This document shows, piece by piece, positions 63,823-64,000 of a stretch of DNA of 64,000 nt (position 1 is its first letter; the number at the start of each line of letters is the position of its first letter). The stretch comes from Deltaproteobacteria bacterium (GTDB lineage: Bacteria; Myxococcota_A; Polyangia; Polyangiales; Houyiibacteriaceae). The DNA lies in the NCBI GenBank assembly GCA_013151775.1, contig JAADHO010000298.1, forward strand, positions 2,853 through 66,852. The letters are read 5' to 3'. Both the position numbers and the translations under genes were made by a program. The notes under the pieces are model-generated. The model made no database searches. It saw nothing but the letters and a program-made list of their open reading frames with translations, and was not told where the DNA came from.

Positions 63823-63922
63823 GCCATGAGTCCTAACGCTCTCGGGGCTCGCCGTGAAGTCCGGCATCGCAGTCCGCGCCATTTTGTTGCCCCTCGCGCG
63901 AGAGGCGCCCTAGGTTCGAAGC

Positions 63923-64000
63923 ATGCGCAAGCGTTCTCGCACTCTGGCCCTCGGGGCCGTGTCCGTGCTCGCCCTGGCTGCGGCCTTCGCGTTCTTCGCG
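63923..64000 (+). CDS. 5' end of a signal-peptide/TM protein, cut by the window edge
   Basis: ATG at 63923. MRKRSRTLALGAVSVLALAAAFAFFA has a basic n-region followed by a hydrophobic core. Only 26 codons are visible. Confidence 0.35.
   Translation, partial: MRKRSRTLALGAVSVLALAAAFAFFA

Overview
The window is high-GC (spot counts of single 60-nt lines give about 65-75%) and densely coding on both strands. I recognised no rRNA, tRNA, CRISPR array, transposase or integrase, but I only scanned by eye. The mglB-mglA gliding-motility pair, a MYXO-CTERM sorting tail and many Cys-rich or 'DAG'-repeat lipoproteins point to a myxobacterium (Myxococcota); genus is not determinable. I call about 49 protein-coding genes.

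Housekeeping genes: purF, leuS, lon, pgi, mglBA, a frameshifted sppA, a PrsW protease, a THUMP methyltransferase and a truncated hemoglobin.

Clusters worth a second look:
1. 1-5730: a translationally coupled operon of a porin-like protein plus 12-, 9- and 33-heme c-type cytochromes (54 CxxCH motifs).
2. 20284-23297: a lower-GC, gap-free three-gene module of an ABC/AAA_21-type ATPase, a DUF4276-like (Toprim-like) protein and a TMEM43-family membrane protein. This is a candidate OLD/PARIS-like defence module.
3. 31726-34504: a tight three-gene operon of two unknown proteins plus a complete ATP-dependent DNA ligase carrying a WGR-like C-terminal extension.
4. 45792-50948: a 1463-aa cytoplasmic beta-propeller/LRR giant with a small partner gene.
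5. 51036-61473: an envelope glycosylation/modification cluster with three GT-C-like membrane proteins, a sulfatase-superfamily enzyme, two methyltransferases and a GT2.

Also present are a ParE-type toxin-antitoxin pair, a B12-radical-SAM ORF that runs in frame into a lipoprotein-like module, and two genes whose signal peptide or first TM helix lies upstream of any canonical start codon.

Many long Arg/Pro/Ala-rich ORFs in the track are high-GC shadow frames and were rejected. All family assignments come from motifs I could read in the translations; no database search was run.
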